Below, in pieces: positions 23,993-32,507 of a stretch of DNA of 34,189 nucleotides. Position 1 is the first letter of the stretch. Each line of letters starts with the position of its first letter. Made by a program: the position numbers and the translations under genes. The notes under the pieces were generated by a model. That model was not told the origin of the DNA. It saw only the letters and a program-made list of their open reading frames with translations, and made no database searches. The DNA is from a virus (lineage: Duplodnaviria > Caudoviricetes): positions 1 through 34,189 of the IMG/VR virus record IMGVR_UViG_3300020319_000008. One strand, written 5' to 3'.

Positions 23993-25727
23993 AAGTTACC
24001 TCTTTCTGTAATGATTCTAATGTTCTGTATAAAAATGGAGTTAGATCAAGACGAGGATCTGCGGCCATTGGTAGGTTAGGCTGCTGAGGGTGTGGAGTCC
24101 TCATTTCTTGATTGATTAAGTCAATAAATGATGAATACGCCCTTTGTACTTCTCCAACCATTCTGAATGGAAAACCGGAAAGCATTCCAGCAATTTCGTC
24201 ATCAGTTTTAGAAGGAAATAAATACTTCAGTGCTTCTATACTATCAACCCCCAATTCTTGAAGGTTTCTAGTAAATATGGATTGGTTTAATTTATCCTGT
24301 GCTGTATCTTCATATACAGGACCCATCCATCTCCAAACTACCGTTCTATCTCCATCAGGAGCAAGTCCTACAACTCCATCTGGAATCTCTTGTGTTTCTA
24401 TAGCTTCTTGAACTGCTGCCTGTAATTTTTGTTCATATTTTGCTTTTTGTTTTTCAAATTTTTCTACTTGTTTTGAATCTTCTATATTCTCTGGAGGAAC
24501 AGGTAATTTTAATCCTGCAGCAAAAGCTAGTGATTTTCTGAAAATTTGCTCTTCGTGAAAAATCATTAATTCAAAGCATTTGCAAATTCCATAGGTATAA
24601 AGCTGCAAACATTTCTTTTTAGCTGTAGCACTAACTCGACCATATGCAGATTTGATTTCAGTTGCTGTTACGTTAGTAATGCTGAGATCGTCAATACCTC
24701 CAAGAGCTAATCTAATTTCACTTCTTAATTGTTCTGTATATCTAGCTTGGTCTGAACCAACAGGATTAGGAGTTATGAATCCTACACGATCTGAAGGTTC
24801 TAAATTAGCAATAACTCTTGGAACTCTCATTCCACTACCTGGTTTTCCAGCATATCCAGGCTGTTGTCTTGTTATTGGATCTTGTTTATAAGTAGAACTA
24901 AATAAATCAACATTTGAACCAAAACCAGACTGACTGGATATACTTGGTCTTTGTGCATTTTCAGAGTCGCTTTCTACAATATCTTGTTTTGGTCTAGATG
25001 ATAGAAGAGTTGGATTACCAAAAAATGATAAATTTGCTCTAATATTTTTTACCATCTCATCGTGAGCAACAATTTGATTTGATAAGAAATCAAACTCACC
25101 TGATCCATCAGTTCCAAAAGCATCCGGATTATTAAATACTTCTACACATGGAATAAATTCCATAGTATTTTCTACAACTTTTTTATCAAAAGTCGCAAAA
25201 TTTACATTTTCTTGATCAAATTTTATTTCTTGTTCGCTATGGGATTCTTCTACTTCTTTTGCAGTTATTTTTAATCTCATATATCTTTTATCTGTGTTCA
25301 ATCCAACCCCAGAAAATCCTTTAGATGATTTGACCTTATAAGGATAAATAATAATTACTTCTTCTAATTCTCCTTCTGGAGTGTAATAAGTTCTATAAGA
25401 ATCTTTATTAAACCAATAAAGCCTATAAGATTTTTCTGTTGGTCTTATATAAAATAATCCTTTTCCATAAACTAAAAATCTATCCCATATAGCATCCAAT
25501 CTGGCATCTAATTGATTAAATTTAATTACTTGTTGAACAAAGTCAAATCTTTGAGTTCCGAGATTATCTTGAAATGGATAATATTCAACACCTTGTCTAA
25601 TCCCAAACATCTTCATTTGAGATAAATGAGAACTAATTAGCATGGTGTCTGCAGTTCCCTTACCGTCTTTAGTAATGACGGATTTAATCATATCGTCTAG
25701 AACTGATTTGCTATTACTTTCACTCAT
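23472..25727 (-). CDS. Portal protein with an overprinted ~170-aa Ser/Pro/Gly-rich C-terminal tail
   Basis: Downstream of TerL; FLVYGKGLFYI, IPCVEVFN..G.GEFD and NLSFFGNPTL resemble SPP1-type portal patterns; helical core of about 580 aa. Confidence 0.75.
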   Translation of the reverse strand: MSESNSKSVLDDMIKSVITKDGKGTADTMLISSHLSQMKMFGIRQGVEYYPFQDNLGTQRFDFVQQVIKFNQLDARLDAIWDRFLVYGKGLFYIRPTEKSYRLYWFNKDSYRTYYTPEGELEEVIIIYPYKVKSSKGFSGVGLNTDKRYMRLKITAKEVEESHSEQEIKFDQENVNFATFDKKVVENTMEFIPCVEVFNNPDAFGTDGSGEFDFLSNQIVAHDEMVKNIRANLSFFGNPTLLSSRPKQDIVESDSENAQRPSISSQSGFGSNVDLFSSTYKQDPITRQQPGYAGKPGSGMRVPRVIANLEPSDRVGFITPNPVGSDQARYTEQLRSEIRLALGGIDDLSITNVTATEIKSAYGRVSATAKKKCLQLYTYGICKCFELMIFHEEQIFRKSLAFAAGLKLPVPPENIEDSKQVEKFEKQKAKYEQKLQAAVQEAIETQEIPDGVVGLAPDGDRTVVWRWMGPVYEDTAQDKLNQSIFTRNLQELGVDSIEALKYLFPSKTDDEIAGMLSGFPFRMVGEVQRAYSSFIDLINQEMRTPHPQQPNLPMAADPRLDLTPFLYRTLESLQKEVTYAGRYRSSDPISTPSIPDPTDQLRGSSDSSPSTFRRDFPPMGSTDNSTGGTSTTSASPDGGSGLPINPYSVQPPSTTGDSTSGEPLQGSVYEGGRAPEFTSPIPVPGSTVSSDTSSRPGQLRIPTNNPVQQSGSADLYAFEQQQPGILQQLFPNFSRDNRPAAPSKRSKRGKS

Positions 25728-25744
25728 TAGATTAAGAACCTAGT

Positions 25745-25927
25745 TTACTGATCAATGGTGTATCCAGCGTGAACACGTTTCAATGTGATCACATCTCCCT
25801 CACATTCTACTTCAAACCTTTCGTTAGGTTCAAGTGCCAAATCGTGGCATAGCTCATCAGGAAGAGGAATTACAGCAGATCCATAAGCATCTTGCTCTAA
25901 TTCAATTTTGTAATACGTTGGTGCCAT
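25745..25927 (-). CDS. AbrB/MazE/SpoVT-like small DNA-binding protein
   Basis: GSAVIPLPDELCHDLALEPNERFEVECEGDVITLKRV fits the swapped-hairpin pattern GS..I.LP.E....L.L..G....V......I.L. Confidence 0.7.
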   Translation of the reverse strand: MAPTYYKIELEQDAYGSAVIPLPDELCHDLALEPNERFEVECEGDVITLKRVHAGYTIDQ

Positions 25928-25955
25928 TGTTTGTTAATACTAATAGTTTAGTTGG

Positions 25956-27479
25956 TCAATACTCTAACTCAAGTTTTCCACGAGTCATTAATCCATTACA
26001 TAGCCACACTAAGGCATCTACGCAATCATCATGTGAACTAACTCCAAAATTTATAATCTCATCAGTCAAATGAGTCATCTTTCTAAACTTATTAAAAGTA
26101 ATCTTTCTTTGTTCGAAAAGTCCCATAATTCCTCTAAATCTTGCTACTTTATCTCCACGGAACCCTTTTACAGGATGCCAAATTAAATTATATAAACCTT
26201 GATCCTGTAAACATATTCTTTTAAAATCAGCTTCTAATGAAGCTTGATATGCAACTGCTTCTGACCATACATCTATGGAACTACCTGTAGGAAAATAATT
26301 TTTGCCATCTTTATGAATAATTCCCCATTCTTCCATCATTTCCATTAAAAGTTCTAATTTTTCTAAATTTCCCATAACTCTTACTCTTTTGCAATCAATG
26401 ATATGAATTTTATCTTTTATTCTTCCACCCATTACAAAAACTGTGTAATCATTTTGTTCTCTAATACCAGCAGATAAATCAACACCAACTCCTAAAGAAT
26501 CAAATTCTGTTGAAATAGCTCCTTTAACAATCAGATCTGGAGAAAGAGATAATTCACTTGTTTGTACAATTTGATTTTGATACTGAAAACTAAAAGCTAC
26601 TGGAGCTATTCTTCTTCTGTCACTTAGATATTCAAGTGACCACATATCCGGCCAGTAAGATATTTCATCTCCTTCTTTATCAACTGTGATAGCAGATTGC
26701 ACTATTTGTTTCCAACCACTTGAAGGTAAGAATGTTGTGTTATGAATATCATCATGTCTAAATCTGGTGCCTAAACAAATAGCCCTTGCACCTTCAAACA
26801 TAGTTGGAACAATAACTGCATTCCAGTTATCTTCCATAGCCTGTCGTATGTCCTTATTTTTAATATCATCAGCACTTTTTATCGCATCATCAATTATACA
26901 AAGATGAGATCTTTTTGATGTAACAGCACCTTTTAATCCTGCACAACAAACAGTAAACTCTTCTTCACCAGTAGATTTTATTCCAGCAAATTTCCAGTCA
27001 ATGCTCCAATACTCATTGGAATTTATACCTTTTGCAATTTTTACTGTAGGGAAAATTTCTTTGTAAATTTTACTTTCTTCTATAATTCTTTTTATTGCAG
27101 CACTCTTTGGTCTAGCCACATCAACTGTATAAGAAATATATAAAATTTTTAAAGGTAATTTATGTGTAGCATGTAAGCCTATTGCCCATGCGGTATATAA
27201 ACCTAATACAGTAGATTTAGCAGATCCTCTAGGAGCCAGTATGTCAATATTAGGACCAGCGATACTTTTAAGACATTCACTATCATCTCCTGTACATAAA
27301 TATTTGTGCCATTCTAAATGATGCTTAGCTGGTGGTTTCCCCCCTACAACATCACAAAAATAGGCAAAATCTTTTCTAGCTCTTTCTACATCAACATTAG
27401 AAGTTTTCTTGACTACTTGCTGTTTTGCAGCTGCTCTTGCGGTACGTCTATAGACGCTATAAATACTAGTTCCTGCCAT
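25956..27479 (-). CDS. terL: Terminase large subunit
   Basis: Walker A APRGSAKST, Walker B LCIIDD, coupling motif LGTRF, FQYQN, RNase-H-like GVDLS, NDYT, HDDCVDAL. Confidence 0.93.
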   Translation of the reverse strand: MAGTSIYSVYRRTARAAAKQQVVKKTSNVDVERARKDFAYFCDVVGGKPPAKHHLEWHKYLCTGDDSECLKSIAGPNIDILAPRGSAKSTVLGLYTAWAIGLHATHKLPLKILYISYTVDVARPKSAAIKRIIEESKIYKEIFPTVKIAKGINSNEYWSIDWKFAGIKSTGEEEFTVCCAGLKGAVTSKRSHLCIIDDAIKSADDIKNKDIRQAMEDNWNAVIVPTMFEGARAICLGTRFRHDDIHNTTFLPSSGWKQIVQSAITVDKEGDEISYWPDMWSLEYLSDRRRIAPVAFSFQYQNQIVQTSELSLSPDLIVKGAISTEFDSLGVGVDLSAGIREQNDYTVFVMGGRIKDKIHIIDCKRVRVMGNLEKLELLMEMMEEWGIIHKDGKNYFPTGSSIDVWSEAVAYQASLEADFKRICLQDQGLYNLIWHPVKGFRGDKVARFRGIMGLFEQRKITFNKFRKMTHLTDEIINFGVSSHDDCVDALVWLCNGLMTRGKLELEY

Positions 27480-27485
27480 GAACGT

Positions 27486-27491
27486 AGCATA
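27486..27491 (-). promoter_or_regulatory. -10-like TATGCT 6 nt upstream of the terL ATG (leaderless candidate)
   Basis: Minus strand reads cgcTATGCTacgttcATG; no SD. Confidence 0.4.
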
Positions 27492-27503
27492 GCGTATTTT
27501 GTC

Positions 27504-27989
27504 TTAAGATTCTTCCTGAAGTATTTTTGTCCATACTCCCATAGAAGCTTCTTGTAAAGGACCTTCTATTGGATCATCTCTAAAAATCGATAACATTTCT
27601 CTTAATGCTCTATCAGCTCCAGCAAGAATTAAACCTTGTTTATCCATAAGAACTTTTTTATCATCAATTTGTTTTATTGCTCCACGTAATTCTTTTTGTA
27701 GCATTGCAATTCTGGCAGCACCCATATCTTGCTTTACCAACCCCATATCAATAGCTTGTCTCAGTTTTGAGATATCTTCACGCATATTATCTATTTCTCC
27801 TTCTAAAACTTGATTAAAATTTCTTTTTTTAAATTCTTTTTCTGACCACTCTTTACATTCCACTATCGTCCCTTGGAACCCCAAAAATCTAGAAAATAAA
27901 TATATCTGTACTGGAGAAGCTGTCTTTTTACAAAATTCAAGAAAGGATTCGCGATCTTTGTTATTTAAAGATTGAACCCATTTCTTCAT
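27504..27989 (-). CDS. Putative terminase small subunit
   Basis: 161-aa helical protein directly upstream of terL with a central coiled coil; assignment is positional. Confidence 0.5.
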   Translation of the reverse strand: MKKWVQSLNNKDRESFLEFCKKTASPVQIYLFSRFLGFQGTIVECKEWSEKEFKKRNFNQVLEGEIDNMREDISKLRQAIDMGLVKQDMGAARIAMLQKELRGAIKQIDDKKVLMDKQGLILAGADRALREMLSIFRDDPIEGPLQEASMGVWTKILQEES

Positions 27990-29065
27990 ACTCTATAAGA
28001 ACCTCTTGCTTGTTCGTAATCTCTATTCTCTTTATAGCGTCTAAACATCTCTTGTTGCAAGTCTGTTCTTCTTTGTTCTTGAGCAGACCTACTTATAGTT
28101 CCCCTTTGTTCTTGACCTGTTCGAGTTATAGTAGCACGATCCTCTTGTCCGGTTACCCTCGTTCCGGCTCTTTGCTCTTGACCTGTAACTCTTAAACCAG
28201 CTCTTTGTTCTTGTCCAGTAACTCTCGTTCCAGCTCTCTGCTCCTGGCCCGTGACTCTCGTTCCAGCTCTCTGCTCCTGACCAGTTACTCTTGTACCGGC
28301 TCTTTGCTCTTGACCTGTGACTCTCGTTCCGGCTCTTTGCTCTTGTCCAGATACTCTCATTCCAGCACGATCCTCTTGTCCAACTACTCTTGTTCCAGCT
28401 CTCTGCTGCCTACCAGTTTCTCTTGTACCTGCACGATCTTGTAGCCCTGTTTCTCTAATACCGGCTCTTTGTTCTAAACCTCTTCTTTGTTCAGTTAAAC
28501 GTGTTTGAGATCCTTCTGTTCTTCTAAGATCTCTTGTCTCTGTACCAGTAGTTCTTATCGCTGCTCTTTCTTGTAATCCCCTTTGTCCTATTTGTCTTTC
28601 CTGACCTCTTAAGAACTGAGCTTGAGTAGCTCTTTCTTGTCTACCTTCTTCTCCCCTAGTAGCCCTATTTTCTTGACCAGTTACACGAACAAGACCCCTA
28701 TCCTGTACCCCTGCTGTTTCTAAACCTTTTCTATACTGTAAACCTGTTTCTGCAGTCTGCATACGATTCTCTTGACCTTGTGTTCTTGCTGTCTTTCTTG
28801 TTTGTTCACCTGCTGTTATCGTTGATAATCTATTTTCTGCTCCTGTTCCTCTTACTCTTCTAAGATCTTGACCAGTAAAAAATTCTGCGTTAGTTCTATC
28901 TAATTCTGCTCCTAACTCCATATTCAATCTAGCTTGTTTTGCAGCTTGTTCACTCAAGGCAGTCTGTGTATCTAAAGATTGATCAGGAACCTGAGTAAGT
29001 TCGGTTTTCTTAGCACTAGCTGGTGCTGTAACAATATTTGGTGGTGGAGTAGAGCCGCTTCCCAT
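27986..29065 (-). CDS. Hendecad-repeat Gln/Arg/Gly/Thr-rich protein, putative DNA-ejection / pilot protein
   Basis: About 25 consecutive 11-aa units, consensus VTGQEQRAGTR. Confidence 0.8.
   Translation of the reverse strand: MGSGSTPPPNIVTAPASAKKTELTQVPDQSLDTQTALSEQAAKQARLNMELGAELDRTNAEFFTGQDLRRVRGTGAENRLSTITAGEQTRKTARTQGQENRMQTAETGLQYRKGLETAGVQDRGLVRVTGQENRATRGEEGRQERATQAQFLRGQERQIGQRGLQERAAIRTTGTETRDLRRTEGSQTRLTEQRRGLEQRAGIRETGLQDRAGTRETGRQQRAGTRVVGQEDRAGMRVSGQEQRAGTRVTGQEQRAGTRVTGQEQRAGTRVTGQEQRAGTRVTGQEQRAGLRVTGQEQRAGTRVTGQEDRATITRTGQEQRGTISRSAQEQRRTDLQQEMFRRYKENRDYEQARGSYRV
28055..28879 (-). repeat. 33-bp in-frame coding tandem repeat (about 25 units; near-perfect core about 28130-28420)
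   Basis: VTGQEQRAGTR units with synonymous codon variation between copies. Confidence 0.9.
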
Positions 29066-29109
29066 TCTTTTTAAAAAAACTATTATTTAAATTCTAGATC
29101 AACCAACTC

Positions 29110-29781
29110 TTATGTTAATTGACCAAACCTACGTTGCAATCCAACACCGGCCATTCTTGCAGCAGTATCACCTTGATTTGCAATGCTATTTCTCAAATTT
29201 GCAGTAGCTATAGCAGACTCTCCAAGTCTGTTTTGAACTGCATCAGGAAAACCTTGTTGGATTAACTTTGCTTTATTAAGTTGATCTTGTTTAAATGTAG
29301 AAAGATCTTTTTGAACGTCTAAATAAAAAGGAAGTTGACTACGCATCGCAGCATATTCCATTGCCACATCTGCTGCTTTACCTTTTCTATCCATTTCATC
29401 TGTAGCTTTTTTATATTGCAATTCATAATCAAGAAGTTTATCTAAATTCCCGTATGGATCAAAATTTTCTTTTTCTGTTTTTACCCTATCAGCTTCAGCT
29501 AATCTTTCTGTAATACTTGTTGGTAAATAATAATCTTGAGGTCTAGTTTTTCCTGTAAAATTTCCTAAAAAATTATCAATTTTTCCAAATATTGATTGAC
29601 TTGGTACAGTCTGTAAATAATCTTTATCTAGTCCAAGTTCCTTTAGTGCAGCGTCCCTAGCTCTTGGGGTAGTTTTTAAATTTTGATCTTTTAAATATTG
29701 ATCGAGTCTGTAATCAACAAACTTGTTACCACCTACTTTACTAGTATCAATACCTTTTAAATCAAACGGATGATTTGTCAT
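29110..29781 (-). CDS. Hypothetical helical protein, putative internal virion protein
   Basis: 223 aa; Q/A-rich helical C-half; in a tightly packed operon. Confidence 0.6.
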   Translation of the reverse strand: MTNHPFDLKGIDTSKVGGNKFVDYRLDQYLKDQNLKTTPRARDAALKELGLDKDYLQTVPSQSIFGKIDNFLGNFTGKTRPQDYYLPTSITERLAEADRVKTEKENFDPYGNLDKLLDYELQYKKATDEMDRKGKAADVAMEYAAMRSQLPFYLDVQKDLSTFKQDQLNKAKLIQQGFPDAVQNRLGESAIATANLRNSIANQGDTAARMAGVGLQRRFGQLT

Positions 29782-29782
29782 C

Positions 29783-30574
29783 TTAATAAATGTACTGAGT
29801 TGTTAAAGCTTGACCAGCTTGTTGTGCAGCTGTTGTTCCCAATTGTCTTGCAGCTTGAGCCATTCCTTGAGTCAATGCTGCATTAGTTTGAATGTTCTGA
29901 GCAATTCCTCTAGAAGCCATACTTCTTGCAAAATCATCTTTCTTAGCTTGTTCAGCAAACTTACGTACTGTAGGAAGAACAATGTTCTGTGCATCTCTTA
30001 AAGCTTCAGCATCTTTTTGAGTTCTAAGTCTTCTACCGGCATCTAGACCTAATGGACTCACAACATCAAGGGGTGATCCTGTTGGACCAATCATTCCATA
30101 AGGACCCATCCCTGGTGGTAAAGGAACTCCTCCCATACCTTCATTTCCAATTGTTCCATATCCTGCTAATCCAGCAGCTCCACTAGCAACATTCTTAGCT
30201 GGCCCACCTAAAATATTAGCTGTTGATCCTCCAGCAAGGGCACCTATTCCTAATGGTATACCTACTGAGGCAAGACCTTGTAAAGCTTGGGCTCCTTGAG
30301 TTCCTGCTAAACCTCTTTTTGCTGCTTGTGAAAAAATTGCTTTATTTGCTGCAGATGTTCCCATTCCAGCTGCAGAACCTAAACCTAAAGTACCTAAAGC
30401 TCCTAATCCACCACCAACTACTGCTCCTCCTAAATCTCCTCTCATCAATGAAGGGGCTGCACCTGCAGTAATACCAGCTGCTCTAAGAAGTGCTGGTAAT
30501 TTAGCTGCACTACCTGCTTTTATAAGAAAAGGCAAAAGTTTACCGGCTAATGGTACTGCTGCTGCTCCGATCAT
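29783..30574 (-). CDS. Gly/Ala-rich membrane-interacting protein, putative ejection/pilot protein
   Basis: Gly-zipper GDLGGAVVGGGLGALGTLGLG; Q/A-rich C-terminal helix. Confidence 0.65.
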   Translation of the reverse strand: MIGAAAVPLAGKLLPFLIKAGSAAKLPALLRAAGITAGAAPSLMRGDLGGAVVGGGLGALGTLGLGSAAGMGTSAANKAIFSQAAKRGLAGTQGAQALQGLASVGIPLGIGALAGGSTANILGGPAKNVASGAAGLAGYGTIGNEGMGGVPLPPGMGPYGMIGPTGSPLDVVSPLGLDAGRRLRTQKDAEALRDAQNIVLPTVRKFAEQAKKDDFARSMASRGIAQNIQTNAALTQGMAQAARQLGTTAAQQAGQALTTQYIY

Positions 30575-30644
30575 TTTCTTTCTCTAAGAATTCTTGTTAG
30601 CAATATTCTAAATTAACTATTCTTTGACTTTAAATATTTCTTCT

Positions 30645-31178
30645 CTATCCAAAAAATCCACTGACACCTCCAATTGCTGCCCCTAATCCACCACCTGATA
30701 AAAATCCACCTGCAGCTCCTTTTAAAGCTCCTCCGATTCCACCACTACCTTTCTGACCTGCTATATACATTGGTTGCTGTAAACCCCCACCTTGACTTGC
30801 AGCCATTCTTAATCCACCACCTAGATTCTGAACACCTACACCTCCTCCTAATCTTGAAGCAACTAAGTCAGCAATCATTTCTTGGGAACTTTTTTCTTCT
30901 GGTCGATATGATTTATATATTCCTTCAGCAATCTTACTTGCTGTGCTATCTTCATCAGGTTTTTGTAATTTGAAATTTAAAAAGTCATTAACTCTATCAC
31001 CAAGAGATTTTTCTGTGTTTGGTTTAAATATATTTTGATAGTCTCCAAAATCACCATATCTATTTGAGGTCAAACTACCTTCATCGTAAAAAAATGGAAT
31101 TTTTGTATCCACTTTATCAAACATTCCAGTAGGATTAAAACCTTTATCAAATGCTGATCCCCTAACTCCTCTAGTCAT
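30645..31178 (-). CDS. Protein with a C-terminal glycine zipper, putative ejection protein
   Basis: Ends GGIGGALKGAAGGFLSGGGLGAAIGGVSGFFG. Confidence 0.65.
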   Translation of the reverse strand: MTRGVRGSAFDKGFNPTGMFDKVDTKIPFFYDEGSLTSNRYGDFGDYQNIFKPNTEKSLGDRVNDFLNFKLQKPDEDSTASKIAEGIYKSYRPEEKSSQEMIADLVASRLGGGVGVQNLGGGLRMAASQGGGLQQPMYIAGQKGSGGIGGALKGAAGGFLSGGGLGAAIGGVSGFFG

Positions 31179-31210
31179 AGTATTAATCCTTTTTTAAAAT
31201 TATAAAATTA

Positions 31211-31801
31211 CTATGCACGAAGTCCTGTTCCATATAAGCTTCTAGCTATACCTAATACTTCTCTATTTGTTATTTCTCCAGCATCTGTATATAAACGCTC
31301 GGCTTCAGCTCTATCTCTAAGAACATCAGATCTTTGAGTCATATTCATTAATGATCCAGGATATTGTGCTCCAGGAATTCTTGATTCGGCTCTTGCCTGT
31401 ACTAATTGCATGTCATGCTGAAACTTTTGATTCTGTAATTGCTGTTGCATCATAAATTTATCCATTTCTGAATTACCTGTATTACCTGACATTGGTTGTG
31501 AATACTCAGACTGCTGATCCATTATTCCAGCTGCTGCAAGACCAGTGCCAATAACTGCTCCTTGACCTATCAAACGTCCAGCTGTAGGAATAGAAGATTT
31601 AGCTCCTTCTCTTAGTAACATAGGTACTTCACTTCCTGTTTTACCAACGAGTTGCGGAGCAAATTTAGCTTTTCCTGCTTTTAAAGCAGTTGTTGCTAGA
31701 TTTTGTCCTACATTCCCACCTAAACGCAAAGCATCATCAAGATAAGAACCTAATGCAGTTCCAGCTGTTCTTAAAAAAGTTTTTGCTAACTGTCTTTGCA
31801 T
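31211..31801 (-). CDS. Gly/Ala/Gln-rich protein, putative internal virion protein
   Basis: LIGQGAVIGTGLAAAGI hydrophobic segment; poly-Gln helix. Confidence 0.6.
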   Translation of the reverse strand: MQRQLAKTFLRTAGTALGSYLDDALRLGGNVGQNLATTALKAGKAKFAPQLVGKTGSEVPMLLREGAKSSIPTAGRLIGQGAVIGTGLAAAGIMDQQSEYSQPMSGNTGNSEMDKFMMQQQLQNQKFQHDMQLVQARAESRIPGAQYPGSLMNMTQRSDVLRDRAEAERLYTDAGEITNREVLGIARSLYGTGLRA

Positions 31802-32280
31802 TACACTGCCACCGAGTTACTTGGGAATCTACCATTAACATTTCCATCTGCCTCTGCACTACCGCTTACTGCAGGTGATGAAGACAACTGAGATAATCTC
31901 TCTGGTTTTACTATTCTATCAGGCTCAACCAATCCTTTCCCTTCAGTTGTATTAGGTCCGTATATTCCATCATATTTACTCATGAAGGAGTCAACTCGTG
32001 CAGATATATTAGGATCACTGAAAGTATTACCTCCAAAATTCTGCAAGAAATCTATCTTAGCCTGTGCATCTTGAGCTGAATTAAATGGAAATTCTTTATA
32101 AAAGTCATCACTTCTTATATTTGTATCAAACTTACCTTGAAACGGATCTGGATTAAAAATATCTTGTTTAGCTCTTGACTCTTTTGGTCCTGTAATAAAT
32201 TTTGCAATAGGTTTTCCTTCCTTAACTGCCTTTTCAGCTGGGGAATTTAATCTTCTATTTAAGTTAGTAACAACGACCAT
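31801..32280 (-). CDS. Hypothetical protein, 159 aa
   Basis: Stop/start coupled (TAATG) with the downstream gene. Confidence 0.65.
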   Translation of the reverse strand: MVVVTNLNRRLNSPAEKAVKEGKPIAKFITGPKESRAKQDIFNPDPFQGKFDTNIRSDDFYKEFPFNSAQDAQAKIDFLQNFGGNTFSDPNISARVDSFMSKYDGIYGPNTTEGKGLVEPDRIVKPERLSQLSSSPAVSGSAEADGNVNGRFPSNSVAV

Positions 32281-32282
32281 AC

Positions 32283-32471
32283 TTAAGATTCAAAAAGTGC
32301 CTTCTCTAATTGTGCAACAAGTAAATCATCTACTTTGTTACCAGTTTTAGCGGATGCTTTTTTTAAAATTGAAATTACGAATTTCTTTATAAGATCATCT
32401 AGATCTTCAGGAATTTTATCAACTGCTTTGTTGATTACGTTAATTGCGATTGGTAATAAAAACTTAGTCAT
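32283..32471 (-). CDS. Small amphipathic helical protein (T.NKVDD motif)
   Basis: 62 aa; own -10-like element upstream. Confidence 0.65.
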   Translation of the reverse strand: MTKFLLPIAINVINKAVDKIPEDLDDLIKKFVISILKKASAKTGNKVDDLLVAQLEKALFES

Positions 32472-32507
32472 GATTTTTTTTGTTAATACTTATAATTTAG
32501 CAAAGGT

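Noticed and set aside
22930-24891. Plus-strand ORFs over the scaffold and portal as a third coding layer
   Set aside because: Short, fragmented and expected from the raised GC; no SD or motifs.
25956-27479. Intein or intron in terL
   Set aside because: Normal length with contiguous motifs and no splice-junction residues.
28055-28879. 33-bp tandem repeats as a CRISPR array
   Set aside because: No unique spacers; the repeats are in frame with synonymous variation; no cas genes.
27986-29065. Classical siphovirus/myovirus tape measure protein
   Set aside because: Short, lacks periodic Trp/Phe, sits beside terminase, and has no neighbouring tail tube or frameshifted chaperone genes.
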